A stretch of 64,000 nt of DNA from Octopus sinensis (lineage: Eukaryota), in NCBI RefSeq assembly GCF_006345805.1, contig NC_043026.1, positions 12,379,579-12,443,578 of the forward strand. Direction: 5' to 3'. The translations under genes and the position numbers were made by a program. Positions within the stretch are counted from its first letter, which is position 1. Each line of letters opens with the position of its first letter. Of this stretch, positions 1-12,911 are shown one piece after another. The notes beneath the pieces are model-generated. The model searched no databases. It was given only the letters and a program-made list of their open reading frames with translations, and had not been told where the DNA came from.

Positions 1-237
1 ACTGGGTCGATGTAATCGACTTAATCCCTTTGTCTGTCCTTGTTTGTCCCCTCTGTCTTTAGCCCCTTGTGGGTATATATATATATATATATTCAAATAT
101 GAATTAGAAGCAACTCGGAACAAAATCGAACACACATACACAAGGTATGTGTTAGTTCGTGAGTCAGCTGCGGTTTTTAGGCGTAAGAGAATATATTCTC
201 TATGCCCCTGGTGTAAAAGACACCTGAAAGTAAGTCG

Positions 238-1115
<878 letters not shown>

Positions 1116-1788
1116 CATGTATGAATAGTGAAAGTAAATTCGTGAGAGTTGTCTTTCCTGGCGTAATAAATCCTATAATTTTTTTGATTTTTGTGTTTCG
1201 TGGTTCGTAACTTTTTTCCTGTTATTAATTTCTGTCAGAAATAAATGTAATATTCTAAATTAGCAATTAAAAACTATGTTGAACATAGAGAAATCGGACT
1301 CTGTTCAAACGGAAAAGCTTCCATTTCTGACACAGTTGTAACGATATTCTGTAATACTTAGCATATTTTTGTAAGTATTCTTGCTCAAGAACACAACACA
1401 GAGCCTGGTCTGGGAATCGAATTCACTACCTCATGATTGTGAGCCTGACACTCTAACCACTGCGCTATGCACCTTCTAATGTCTTATATGCAGTTTCTAA
1501 ATTGTAGTGTTGTTAGTTCTAAGCAAGTAAAGTAAAATCCCTAGCCGGGGACCAGAGTGGGAGGCTGTCCTCTCAACCAATACGTTGCTGTGGGTGCCAT
1601 TGGATGACGGACTCCCGTGGTGATGTTATTCCATGCTTTCCATTCATAGCACTGGTCTTAGCATGCTTGATGTTGAGGTGCTGTGACTTCATGTCTTCCT
1701 TAATTTGTTTTGCCCAGTTCTTCTAGATATCACGGAGATGTACTTGCATAGCAAGTGATTTGATCTGAGATCGTGTGCTGAAACGAAA

Positions 1789-1993
1789 ACAATTGCAGCG
1801 TGGAAGGTGTTTGTAAGCCATTTAAGAAACACACAAAAGCCGTTCGATTCAGCACGGATTTTTGTCAGTGAACAGGTCGCGGTCTTAAAGCGACGAAAAT
1901 GTTTTGACAAATTAAACTTAAATGTTGAAGTGAATCGAACGGCTTTTGTGTATTTCTTAAATGGCTTACAAACACCTTCAACGCTGCAATTGT
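1789..1993. repeat. Foldback element with ~63-bp inverted arms (MITE-like)
   Basis: 1789-1851 is the near-perfect reverse complement of 1931-1993. Confidence 0.75.
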
Positions 1994-2444
1994 CTTCTAG
2001 ATATCATAAACAACAAAATGTCACACACAAAAAGGTTTTTTTTTTTTTTAATACTGTGTATCACATATTTACATCATCATCATTTAATACCTCTTTTCCC
2101 AGCTTGCATGGTGAGACAAAATTTGTTGAGGCAAGTTATCGATGGTTGGATGTCTTAACACCTGTTTCTAAGCAAGTTAATATTTCCATAGTCTAAGGTG
2201 GTGAACTGGCAGAATCATTAGTATGCTTGGCAGCATTTCATCTGTCTGTACATTCTGGGTTCAAATTCTGCAGAGGTCAGCTTCACCTTTCATGACCAAT
2301 AAAATAAGTACCATATATACTCACAGATAGATCACACTTTTTTTACCAAAAATTTCAAGAAAAACCAAGATGCAACTTATCCACTCGACATCACAGGAAT
2401 TTGTAGATTGGCGTATCAGTAGTCCAGGCATGTACCCTGGACTT

Positions 2445-3026
2445 GACCATCCCTTAGTACAAGTACAAATATATGGGAAACTACCACCTGTATAATCTCT
2501 TGTGAAAGGTAGAAGAGTCCAGTTTGCTGGGCATTGTTGCTGAGCTGAAAATGAGGCAATTTCTCCTCTTCTCCTCTGGAAGCCATCTGCTCGCGATACA
2601 AGAGGGCGCACACTCTCCTACCCTGATGTAATCTCCAGGGATACAGGCATCCAGCAACAGGACCTCTGTAATGCTATGATGGAGCATGAAGTCTGGTGTA
2701 GCATAGTAAATTCCATCGTCTCGACCATGGTCGAACAATGATGATGATATATATATATACATACATACATATCATCTCTTGTGAAAGGTAGAAGAGTCCA
2801 GTTTGCTGGACATTGTTGTAGAGCTGAAAACGAGGCAATTTCTACTCTTCTCCTCTGGAAGCCATCTACTCGCAATACCAGAGGGCGCACACTCTCCTAC
2901 CCTGATGTAATCTCCAGGGATACAGGCATCCAGCAACAGGACCTCTGTAATGCTATGATGGAGTGTGAAGTCTGGCGTAACACAGTAAATTCAATTGTCT
3001 CGACCACGGTTGAACAATGATGATGA
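2445..3026 (+). mobile_element. Two adjacent 5'-truncated RTE/RTEX-like LINE 3' ends with (TGA)n tails
   Basis: Both encode KGRRVQFAGHCCRAE...WRN.VNSIVSTTVEQ and end in tgatgatga. Same family as 35700-36062. Confidence 0.8.
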
Positions 3027-3189
3027 GGCCTGGGCTTTTCAGTTTTGAAGTTGTTATGGAAACACTTTTGGGAAAACGAAAATTTGCATGATGGTCTTTT
3101 TGACAGCATCGATTCACTCCGATTTTTAGTTTTAAAATTTTAATAATTGTGAAAATATTTTAATATTTTTAAGTGAAGTTTTGAAATAA

Positions 3190-3640
3190 AGGCGCAGGAG
3201 TGGCTGTGTGGTAAGTAGCTTGCTTACCAAATGCCTAAATGGCAAATTATATAAAATAAAGTAGCTTGCTTACCAACCACATGGTTCCGGGTTCAGTCCC
3301 ACTGTGTGGCATCTTGGGCAAGTGTCTTCTGCTATAGCCTCAGGCCAACAAAAAGCCTTGTGAGTGGATTTGGTAGACGGAAACTGAAAGAAGCCTGTTG
3401 TATATATGTATGTGTGTGTATATGTTTGTGTGTCTGTGTTTGTCCCCCCACCATCGCTTGACAACCGATGCTGGTGTGTTTACGTCCCCGCCACTTAGCG
3501 GTTCGGCAAAAAGAGACCGATAGAATAAGTACTGGGCTTACAAAGAATAAGTCCCGGGGTCGATTTTCTCGACTAAAGGTGGTGCTCCAGGATGGCCGCA
3601 GTCAAATGACTGAAACAAGTAAAAGAGTAAAAGAGAGAGA
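3190..3640 (+). mobile_element. tRNA-derived SINE, family A
   Basis: Head ggcgcaggagtggctgtgtggtaag with B-box ggttcagtccc, then cttgggcaagt, an internal (TA/TG)n tract and tail gactgaaacaagtaaaagag. Further copies at 18528-18940, 20660-21055(-), 23925-24500(-), 41155-41300, 43470-43870, 60490-60860(-) and 62465-62606. Confidence 0.85.
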
Positions 3641-3929
3641 GAGTATTTGATAATATTTAACAAATATTAGTTATATTTATTTTAAATAGGGCCATGTAAC
3701 TTCCCAGATTATAGTGCAACCTATCTGCAAGTCAACTGCAAATACCTACTTTGACAACCTCAAATTAAGGGTGAGACCTATTCGCAAATATACCTGTACT
3801 AGTCAAGTACTGGGATTGGTGTAATTCACCTACCCCAACACCTGAAATTGCTGACATTGTGCTAAAATTTGAAATCAATATTTCCATAGTCTTACATGTT
3901 TATAACAGAAGACTGGAAACAAACAATGG

Positions 3930-4313
3930 TGGAAGCACTCCGTCGGTTACGACGACGAGGGTTCCGGTTGATCCGAATCAACGGAACAGCCTGCTCGTGA
4001 AATTAACATGTAAGTGGCTGAGCACTTCACAGACACGTGTACCCATAACGTAGTTCTTGGGGATATTCAGCGTGACACAGAGAGTGACAAGGCCGGCCCT
4101 TTGAAATACAGGTATAACAGAAACAGGAAGTAAGAGTGAGAGAAAGTTGTGGTGAAAGAGTACGGCAGGGATGACCACCACCCCCTGCCGGAGCCTCGTG
4201 GAGCTTTTAGGTATTTTCGCTCAATAAACACTCACAACGCCCGGTCTGGGAATCGAAACCGCGATCCTATGACCGCGAGTCCGCTGCCCTAACCACTGGG
4301 CCATTGCGCCTCC
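3930..4313 (-). mobile_element. tRNA-derived SINE, family E
   Basis: Minus-strand head ggaggcgcaatggcccagtggttagg...ggtttcgattccc. Related copies at 20355-20640, 37626-37895, 49792-50090 and 50114-50418. Confidence 0.8.
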
Positions 4314-5180
4314 ACAAACAATATTGCTTGTATGATGGTGATGCTCATTTACAAGCACCCCATGATGTTAAGACAAGGGTACACACATATATACATGCTT
4401 CTTTCAATTTCCATCAACCACTCAAATCCACTCAAAAGGTCAGCCCACAGCTATAGAAGAAGACACTTGCCCAAGGTACCGTTCACTGGGATTGAACCTA
4501 AAACCACATCATTGGAAATAAATTTCTGAGCTACATAGCCTTTCCCTGAGATTGAGAAATCTATCTTGAGAGGTAATCTTTATCCTCACTTAAGGTCATC
4601 ATCATCATCATCATCATCATCGTTTAGCGTCCGTTTTCCATGCTAGCATGGGTTGGACGGTTCAACTGGGGTCTGTGAAGCCAGCAGGCTTCATCAGGCC
4701 CAGTCAAATCTGGCAGTGTTTCTACGGCTGGATGCCCTTCCTAACGCCAACCACTCCGTGAGTGTAGTGGGTGCTTTTTACGTGCCAGGTATGGTTTATT
4801 GACAAACTGTTATCTTCTTTATTGTTCTAATTTCAGTATGTGCACAGCTGAAGCTAGCATAAAGTGAGATTCTTACAGCATGTATGTTTTCCAAGCAGAC
4901 CCCATTTAAGTACTAATTAGGCTTGGCATTCCTTAACTTTGGTGATCGGAAGAGAACCAATGTATGCAGTATGATATGGCCATAAGCCATGTCAAGTATC
5001 AAATATCAGCAAATTATATTCAAAATAACATTGAAAATCACTTTGGAGAAATGTGCAACTTTTATCTTGCATTGAGGAAGTTTGTGAATTCTGTACTTTA
5101 TGGTTGTGTCATTACAAGTTTTAGTTAGAAGTTCATCATCATCATTTAACATCCACTTTCCATGCTGACATGGGTTAGAC

Positions 5181-5854
5181 CAGTTAGTTTTCAACCAGGG
5201 TTCCGCCAGTACAGTCTAGGGGTTCCGCAAGAAGTTACAAAACTGCTAAAATTGGCAGTAATTTTTAATTCTCCTGTGCAGATATGTGTGCATAAGACTA
5301 TTAAATTATTGCACAGGGGTTCCTCGAGCCAGTGGAATGTTTCCTTGGGGTTCCGCTCCAGCAAAAAGTTTGAAAAGCACTGGTCTAACTGACTGTGTCT
5401 AACTCAATGGTTTTCAACCAGGGTTCCGTGGAACCCTAGGGTTCCGCCAGTACAGTCCAGGGGTTCCGCAAGAAGTTACAAAACTGCTAAAATCAGCAGT
5501 AATTTTTAATTCTCCTGTGCAGATATGTGTGCATAAGACTATTAAATTATTGCACAGGGGTTCCTTGAGCCAGAGGAATGTTTCCTTGGGGTTCCACTCC
5601 AGCAAAAAGGTTGAAAAGCACTGGTCTAACTAGTGTCTAACTAGTGTCTAACTCAGTGGTTTTCAACCAGGGTTTCCCCAGTCCAGTCCAGGGGTTCCGC
5701 AAGAAGTTACAAAACTGCTAAAATCGGCAGTACTTTTTAATTCTCCTGTGCAGATATGTGTGCAAAAGACTATTAAATTATTGCACAGGGGTTCCCCGAG
5801 CCAGTGGAATGTTTCCTTGGGGTTCTGCTCCAGCAAAAAGTTTGAAAAGCACTG
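5181..5854 (+). mobile_element. Trimer of a ~200-bp hAT-like MITE inserted in an RTE 3' UTR copy
   Basis: Each unit has cagtggttttcaa...ttgaaaagcactg ends. The whole trimer is flanked by a perfect 8-bp duplication, ggttagac (5173-5180, 5855-5862). Confidence 0.85.
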
Positions 5855-6207
5855 GGTTAGACAGTTTGATAAGCTGGAGAGCTGTACCAGGTTCCAGTCT
5901 GATTTAGCATGGTTTCTACAGCTGGATCCTTCCTAATGCCAACCACTCCAAGAGTATAATGGATGCTGTTTTACATGCCACTGACACAGTGTCATTTATA
6001 TGACACCAATAACAGCCACAACTACAATTTCCCAGGTGCCATTTACCTGATACTGGCAACGGCCATGACTACGGTTTCACTTGGTTTCATGAGACTTCTC
6101 AAGCACAGTATAACACTAAGTCTTGCTTATTTATTATCACCTTCATGAGGCCCAACATTTGAAGATCATGCTTCACCAACTTGTCCCTTACCTCTGTGAG
6201 GCCCATG

Positions 6208-6490
6208 TTCATCATCATCATCATCATCATTGTTTAGCGTCCGCTTTCCATGCTAGCATGGGTTGGACGGTTCAACTGGGGTCTGTGAAGCCAGAAGGCT
6301 GCACCAGGCTACAGTCTGATCTGGCAGTGTTTCTACAGCTGGATGCCCTTCCTAACGCCAACCACTCCGTGAGTGTAGTGGGTGCTTTTTACGTGCCACC
6401 AGCACAGGTGCCAGGGGAGGATGTCAAACAGCCACGGTCGGATGGTGCTTTTTACATGCCACCGGCACGGAGGCCAGGTGAGGCTGGCAC
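6208..6490 (-). mobile_element. 5'-truncated RTE LINE 3' UTR (family C) with (GAT)n tail
   Basis: Matches the tail of the LINE at 18985-20180. Other copies at 4597-4790, 11085-11540, 21410-22075, 26489-26970, 28045-28636, 36222-36640, 50740-51020, 51088-51408, 59160-59770, 60978-61260 and 63310-63482. Confidence 0.85.
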
Positions 6491-7383
6491 TGAGTTCAAA
6501 TTCTGTGGAGGTCAACTTTGCCTTTCATCCTTTTGGCATTGATAAAATAAGTACCAGTGGAACACTGGTGGTGGTGGTGGTGGTGGTGGTGTGTGTGTGT
6601 GTGGGGGGGTGTAATCGACTTGGTTCCTCCCTTGAGATTAATGATCTTCTGCCAAAATTTCAAACTATTATTATTACTACTAAGGTGGTGTGCTGGCAGA
6701 ATCGTTAGCTCACTGGGTAAATTAATTAGTGGCATTTCCTTTGTCCTTACGTTCTGAGTTCAAATTCCACGGAGGTCAATTTCGCTTTTGATCCTTTTGG
6801 GATTGATGATATAAGTACCAGTTATACACTGGGGTCGATGTAGTCGAATTACTCCTCCCACCAAAAAACAAGAGTTTAAAGGACCAGTAATGATAAGGCT
6901 GTTGACTGGGAGAACACAAACATGGTTTAACCCTTTTGATACTAACCCGGCCAAAACCGGCTCTGGCTCTGTTGTATAAATGTCTTGTTTTCATAAGTTT
7001 TTCTTTAAAATATACCACCAAACCTTAGTCACAATTTATGATCCTAACACTAGCTTCACTCACGGAGTGGTTGGCGTTAGGAAGGGCATGAAACAAATAA
7101 TAAAATTATATAAATCTAAACCAGAACAAAAATCATTTCCTTCATTTTATATATACCGAATATAAAAGAAAAAGATTATACACAAGATACATGACAAAAT
7201 GTATATAAGATGCAAAATATAAAAATCCTATTATGGTACACAATATTTTATTTTCTAGCTTTTTTATCTGTTGTTTCAAGTCATTAGACTGCGGCCATGC
7301 TGGGGCACTGCCTTGAAGAATTTGTATTCGAAAGAAACGATCCCAGTACTTTGTTTTTGTTAAGCCTAGGTACTTATTCTATC

Positions 7384-7970
7384 TGTGGCGAGCTGGCAGA
7401 AACGTGAGCACACCGGGCGAAATGCTTAGCAGTATTTCGTCTGCCGTTACGTTCTGAGTTCAAATTCCGCCGAGGTCGACTTTGCCTTTCATCCTTTCGG
7501 GGTCGATAAATTAAGTACCAGTTATGCACTGGGGTCGATGTAATCGACTTAATACCTATGCCTGTCCTTGTTTGTCCCCTCTGTTTAGCCCCTTGTGGGT
7601 AGTAAAGAAATAGGTATTTTGTCTGCTGCTGTTACGTTCTGAGTTCGACTTTGCCTTTCATCCTTTCGGGGTCGATAAATTAAGTACCAGTTACGCACTG
7701 GGGTCGATGCAATCGACTTAATACCTATGTCTGTCCTTGTTTGTCCCCTTTGTGTTTAGCCCCTTGTGGGTAATAAAGAAATAGGTATTTCGTCTGCCGT
7801 TAAATTCTGAGTTCAAATTCCACCGAGGTCAACTTTGCCTTTCATCCTTTCGGGGTCGATAAATTAAGTACCAGTTATGCACTGGGGTTGATATAATCAA
7901 CTTAATCCCTTTGTCAGTCCTTGTTTGTCCTCTCTGTGTTTTAGCCCCTTGTGGGTAATAAAGAAATAGG
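7384..7970 (+). mobile_element. tRNA-derived SINE, family B, multimer (one head, three bodies)
   Basis: Head ggcgagctggcagaa and B-box gagttcaaattcc. The central gtcgactttgcctttcatcctttcggggtcgataaa domain resembles the MetaSINE domain (from memory). Flanked by the 17-bp direct repeat taggtacttattctatc. Confidence 0.85.
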
Positions 7971-8256
7971 TACTTATTCTATCAGTTTTTTTCTCCAAAA
8001 CCGCTAAGTTATGGGGTCGTAAACACATCAACGCTGGTTGTTAAGCAGAGGTGGGGAACACTGTGGGCCTTTTTCAGTTTCTGCCTACCATGTCCACTCA
8101 CAAAGCTTTGGTCAGCCCAAGACACTTACTCAAGGTACCATGCAGTGGGCTTGATCTGCATTTGATGAATGAATTTCAGTAAGGAAGCTCATTAAAGGCT
8201 GCAGATTTTCATGAATTCTTTTCATGGTCCATATGTTAAAGTTTCTCCTTGTAGAC

Positions 8257-9190
8257 CAGTGGTTTTCAAGCAGGGTTCCGCCAGTACAGTCCAGGGGTTC
8301 CGCAAGAAGTTACAAAACAGCAAAACGTCCTCTCTCCTGTGTGAATACGTATGTGTACTGTAAGGTTACCTTTCCGAGAGAAAGACTTTTTACAGATATC
8401 ACAGTGGTGTGATGGTCTTTCTATATCTTTTGATCTCTCATCAATAAAATTAATCCCTTGAGGCTGCGATTTACACTTAACTTTCTTATTATATAATTCA
8501 TTTTCCATATTTTTCCTTTTCTGATTACAATAGACCAGTGGTTTTCAACCAGGGTTCCGCCAGTACAGTCCAGGGGTTCCGCAAGAAGTTACAAAACTGC
8601 TAAAATCGGCAGTAATTTTTAATTCTCCTGTGCAGATATGTGTGCATAAGACTATTAAATTATTGCACAGGGGCTCCCCGAGCCAGTGGAATGTTTCCTT
8701 GGGGTTCTGTTCCAGCAAAAAGATTGAAAAGCACTGGTCTAACTAGTGTCTAACTCAGTGGTTTTCAACCAGGGTTCCGCCAGTACAGTCCAGGGGTTCC
8801 GCAAGAAGTTACAAAAATGCTAAAATCGGCAGTAATTTTTAATTCTCCTGTGCAGATATGTGTGCATAAGACTATTAAATTATTGCACAGGGGCTCCCCG
8901 AGCCAGTGGAATGTTTCATTGGGGTTCTGCTCCAGCAAAAAGATTGAAAAGCACTGGTCTAACTAGTGTCTAACTGACTGTGTCTAACTCAGTGGTTTTC
9001 AACCAGGGTTCTGCCAGTACAGTCCAGGGGTTCTGCAAGAAGTTACAAAACTGCTAAAATCGACAGTAATTTTTAATTCTCCTGTGCAGATATGTGTGCA
9101 TAAGGCAATTAAATTATTGCACAGGGGTTCCCCGAGCCAGTGGAATGTTTCCTTGGGGTTCCGCGCCAGCAAAAAGTTTGAAAAGCACTG
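8257..9190 (+). mobile_element. Composite hAT-like element: MITE left end, ZNF fragment, MITE trimer
   Basis: Left TIR at 8257 and ~201-bp units at 8536-8736, 8756-8956 and 8990-9190. Flanks ttgtagac and gtgtagaa match at 6/8. Confidence 0.7.
8319..8508 (-). pseudogene. Truncated C2H2 ZNF gene fragment: start codon, leader and finger 1
   Basis: [60 protein letters not shown], then fused to MITE sequence. Confidence 0.9.
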
Positions 9191-9419
9191 GTGTAGAATA
9201 TGAACGTGGAATGCTGACATCCATATGCCTCCACATTCATACTCTACAAGGAGAAACTTTAACATATGGACCGTGAACAGAATTCATGAAAATCTGCAGC
9301 CTTTAAAAAAAGCTGCCATTCATCAAATGCAGATCAAGCCATTATAGAAGCAACAGGAATTTTAAAATACCTAAATGTTTTGGTTAGAGCTTTTTCATTA
9401 CATTATGCCTCATGTAAGC

Positions 9420-9640
9420 TCTGTCTGCGACGATTTCATCTCAATCGAAGGAGAGGGGCTTTCTCCGTCCAGGCTGCGGATCCGTGGAATAAGATGCCAA
9501 CGGCCGCTTGGTTCAAAGTCTCCCTTGACCACAAATGGCCTGAACTCTTTACATGAACACCACCCTGTACATAACTCCATGTCCCCCTACATGGCCTTGC
9601 TTTTTGCTTTTTGAGCCAAAAAATTAACTATCTAACTAAT
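9420..9640 (+). mobile_element. CR1-like LINE 3' end
   Basis: Encodes RRGAFSVQAADPWNKMP...FKVSLDHKW and ends in a taac-type tail. A second copy lies on the minus strand at 52897-53020. Confidence 0.65.
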
Positions 9641-9799
9641 TAATTTTCAGTCAAATTTAGAGCAATCTCAAAAAATTAGTGTAGTTGAAGTCAATGAATA
9701 TATAGCAGATTTCAAAACTGCTATTTAAGAAATACGGTACTCAAAGTATTGTGAGAATCCTTCAAGCAAAGGAATGTGTGACTGCAGATGTGTTGATAT

Positions 9800-10195
9800 A
9801 ATAATAATAATAATAATAATTGTGTACAGTGCTCAGGTGCACTACAACTCATCTAAAGTGCATATATAATCAGGTGTAGTTTCGGCGGATTTCGGAAAGC
9901 ACGAGGGCCTTAAAGGATGCAGTGTCATGGCAGTCAACAACTGACGCAGGCAGTTTGTTCCATGCTTCAGCAACTCTGAACGTGAAAAAATGTTTCCGAA
10001 AGTCATGGGAGCTGTGTTGTTTTCTGACTTTGTAGGCATGTCCACGTGTGTTGGACACATGGAGATCAAAAAGGTGTTCAATGTTGTTGTTGGTGAGGTG
10101 GTTGATAACTTTGTGGGTGTTTACCAAGTCCGTCGCCAGACGCCGGAGCTTCAGTGAATCCATGCCCAGGGAAACAAGGCGCTCCTTGTTTGGAC
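9800..10195 (-). mobile_element. CR1-clade LINE 3' end (ORF2 C-terminus with (ATT)n tail)
   Basis: KERLVSLGMDSLKLRRL...TRGHAYKVRK...FFTFRVAEAWNKLPASVV matches the CR1 ORF2 C-terminal signature. Confidence 0.85.
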
Positions 10196-10536
10196 AGATA
10201 TTCTTCCACTAAACACTTAATAGGTGCTAAATTATTCAACAAGAGAAGCATCACTAGTTTTAAGAATGAACTTCCAACAGAAGAGAGAGTACTGACCACT
10301 GAAGGATATTTACTTGTACTTGTGGCGGCATTCACCCTGGGCGGGTTGAGTCGGCTTCTTTCACCACCCTCGAGACATTGTATTCGCCATTGAGAATTCA
10401 TGGAAGAAGTTTCGTGGGAATATGTGGATTTCACAAGCGGTCCCCATCAATCCCGCATGTAGAGACATCCTGTTTGCCGCAGATTGTCCGCAGACGCAGG
10501 GGAAGAACGACCGAGGAGCCACCGGTTGCCGAAACA

Positions 10537-10910
10537 GACACTCCGAGGATTTTCACCAGAGCCCCCTGTCTGCTGGGTTGTGGCCCTAATACCACTTGGT
10601 GTCAGACCAATACGCCTTGGGTGGCCCTACCAGGAACCGAAGTTCCCGACAGCACAGCTCTGACACTACCCATTGCCAGCGTCACCACCACAGTGAGGAG
10701 GGTATGGACTTTGGGGACGCAAACAGACACTCTGAGGATTTTCACCAGAGCCCCCCGTCTGCCAGGTTGTGGCCCTAATACCACTTGGTGTCAGACCAAT
10801 CCACCTTGGGTGGCCCTACCAGGAACCGAAGTTCCCAATGGCATAGCTCTGACACTACCCGTTGCCAGCGTCCCCACCACGGTGAGGAGGGGATGGACTA
10901 AATGACACCG
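10537..10910. repeat. Two tandem copies of a 189-bp GC-richer unit
   Basis: gacactccgaggattttcaccagagcc recurs 189 bp later, seen as a 63-aa repeat in ORF 10378-10905. Confidence 0.8.
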
Positions 10911-11980
10911 AAGGATATCCCATGATTGACAAAGAAAAGCTTGAAACTGAACTCAAAGTATTCTATTGTAGATCCGATATGCATGAATATTGCAAATTAA
11001 TTGAGCTGCTGAAATTTATCTAGGAAAATAACCTAGATGGTGTTCTTAGTGAAATTATGAAATAAATAAAATCCTCTTGACAATTTCCAGCGCCACCCCG
11101 ACAGGCCTCTGTGCAGGTGGCATGTAAAAAGCACCATCCAATCGTGGTCATTTGCCAACCCCATCAGGCCTCCGTGCCGGTGGCACATAAAAAGCACCAT
11201 CCGATCGAGACCATTTGCCAACCTCGCCTGGCCCCCGTGCCAGTGGCACATAAAAAGCACCATACAATCGTGGCCGTTTGCCAGCCTCGTCTGGCACATA
11301 AAAAGCACCATCCGATCGTAGCCATTTGCCAGCCTCGTCTGGCATCTGTGCAGGTGGTACGTAAAAAGCACCCACTACACTCACGGAGTGGTTGGCGTTA
11401 GGAAGGGCATCCAGCTGTAGAAACACTGCCAGATCAGACTCTGCCTGCTGCAGCCTTCTGACTTCCCAGACCCCAGTTGAACCGTCCAACCCATGCTAGC
11501 ATGGAAAATGGACGTTAAACGATGATGATGATGATGATGAATTTCCATGACTGCATCAGATGCAGAACACTGCTTTTCAACACTGAAAAGAATGAAATCT
11601 TTTCTAAGGAGTACTATGAATCCTAGAAGACTAAATGTACTTGCAGTGCTTTCAACGGAGAAAAATTTCCTCAACAGTAATCCTGGGACCAAGGGAAAAA
11701 ATTAGTAACCTCTTCACTCAAAGTAAAACAAGAAGAGCAGATTTCATTTTTAAATGAATGAATGAATCTTAAACTGTAACAATTTATTAATAAGTATAAA
11801 ATAATTTTTTCGTTTAGGATTTTATCAAGTTTATGTATAAATTTTCTTTTTATGTGTTTGTTTCGTTTTACACAAAATTAAAACAATGGCAGAACAATTT
11901 TCTGAATCAGCACCCCTATTAATTTTAGCCACAAGCCACCACTGATTATCAATTATATTAACGAAACTGGAAGGATAAAT

Positions 11981-12911
11981 GGATCTTTTCGGTTTGACCG
12001 GCAGTTTTTTAAAATAATTTCCACGTAACTAAACACTTTTAAACTTCGCATACTGGTAGAATGTGTTTATAAAACACCTTTTTCTCTTGGCTTTATTGAG
12101 AAAATTCTATAGTTTGTAAGATATTTGTTGTTGCTTTTTCTTCAATTTCTGCAATTTCAACCAATCAATGAATCGATGACATCTATATTGAGGTGAAAAC
12201 AGGATCTTTTCCTTTTGAACGGCACATTGTAACATAATTTCTAGGTAACTAAAAAGTTTTAAACTTCGTATACTGGTAGAATGTGTTTATAAAACATCAT
12301 TTTTTTCTTGGTTTTATTGAGAAAATTCTATAGTTTGTAAGATATTTGGGATCTTTTCACTTTGACCGGCAGATTTTTTAATAATTTCCACGTAACTAAA
12401 CACTTTTAAACTTCGTATACTGGTAGAATGTGTTTATAAAACATCATTTTTTTCTTGGTTTTATTGAGAAAATTCTATAGTTTGTAAGATATTTGGGATC
12501 TTTTCACTTTGACCAGCAGATTTTTTAAATAATTTCCACGTAACTAAACACTTTTAAACTTCGTATACTGGTAGAATGTGTTTATAAAACATCTTTTTCT
12601 CTTGGCTTCATTGAGAAAATTCTGTAGTTTGTAAGATATTTGTTGTTGCTTTTTCTTCAAGTTCTGCAATTTCAACCAATCAATGACGTCTATTGAGGTA
12701 AAAAAACATTCTGTGCCGTATGAATATGTCCCTCGTTTAACAAAACAGATTGGGTTTATTTTACACTTCTGAAGAAAAAAAAGATACCCTTCCTCCACCC
12801 CTAACCCTAAAACAGATTGAAATGCAATAGATCAATACTAGGGTCATAATTACGGGTGACAATTTCATATGACACTGCTAGAAAAAACTACTGTTCAAAC
12901 CGAAAAGATCC
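11981..12911 (+). mobile_element. Merlin-like MITE family M1 (~410 bp) with about four stacked left ends
   Basis: TIR ggatcttttcggtttgaNcggcagtttttt; flanks ggataaat/agataaat match at 7/8. Confidence 0.75.

Noticed and set aside
5181-9190. Repeat-spacer arrays superficially like CRISPR
   Set aside because: The repeats are ~200-bp TIR elements, the spacers are repetitive, the context is eukaryotic and there are no cas genes.
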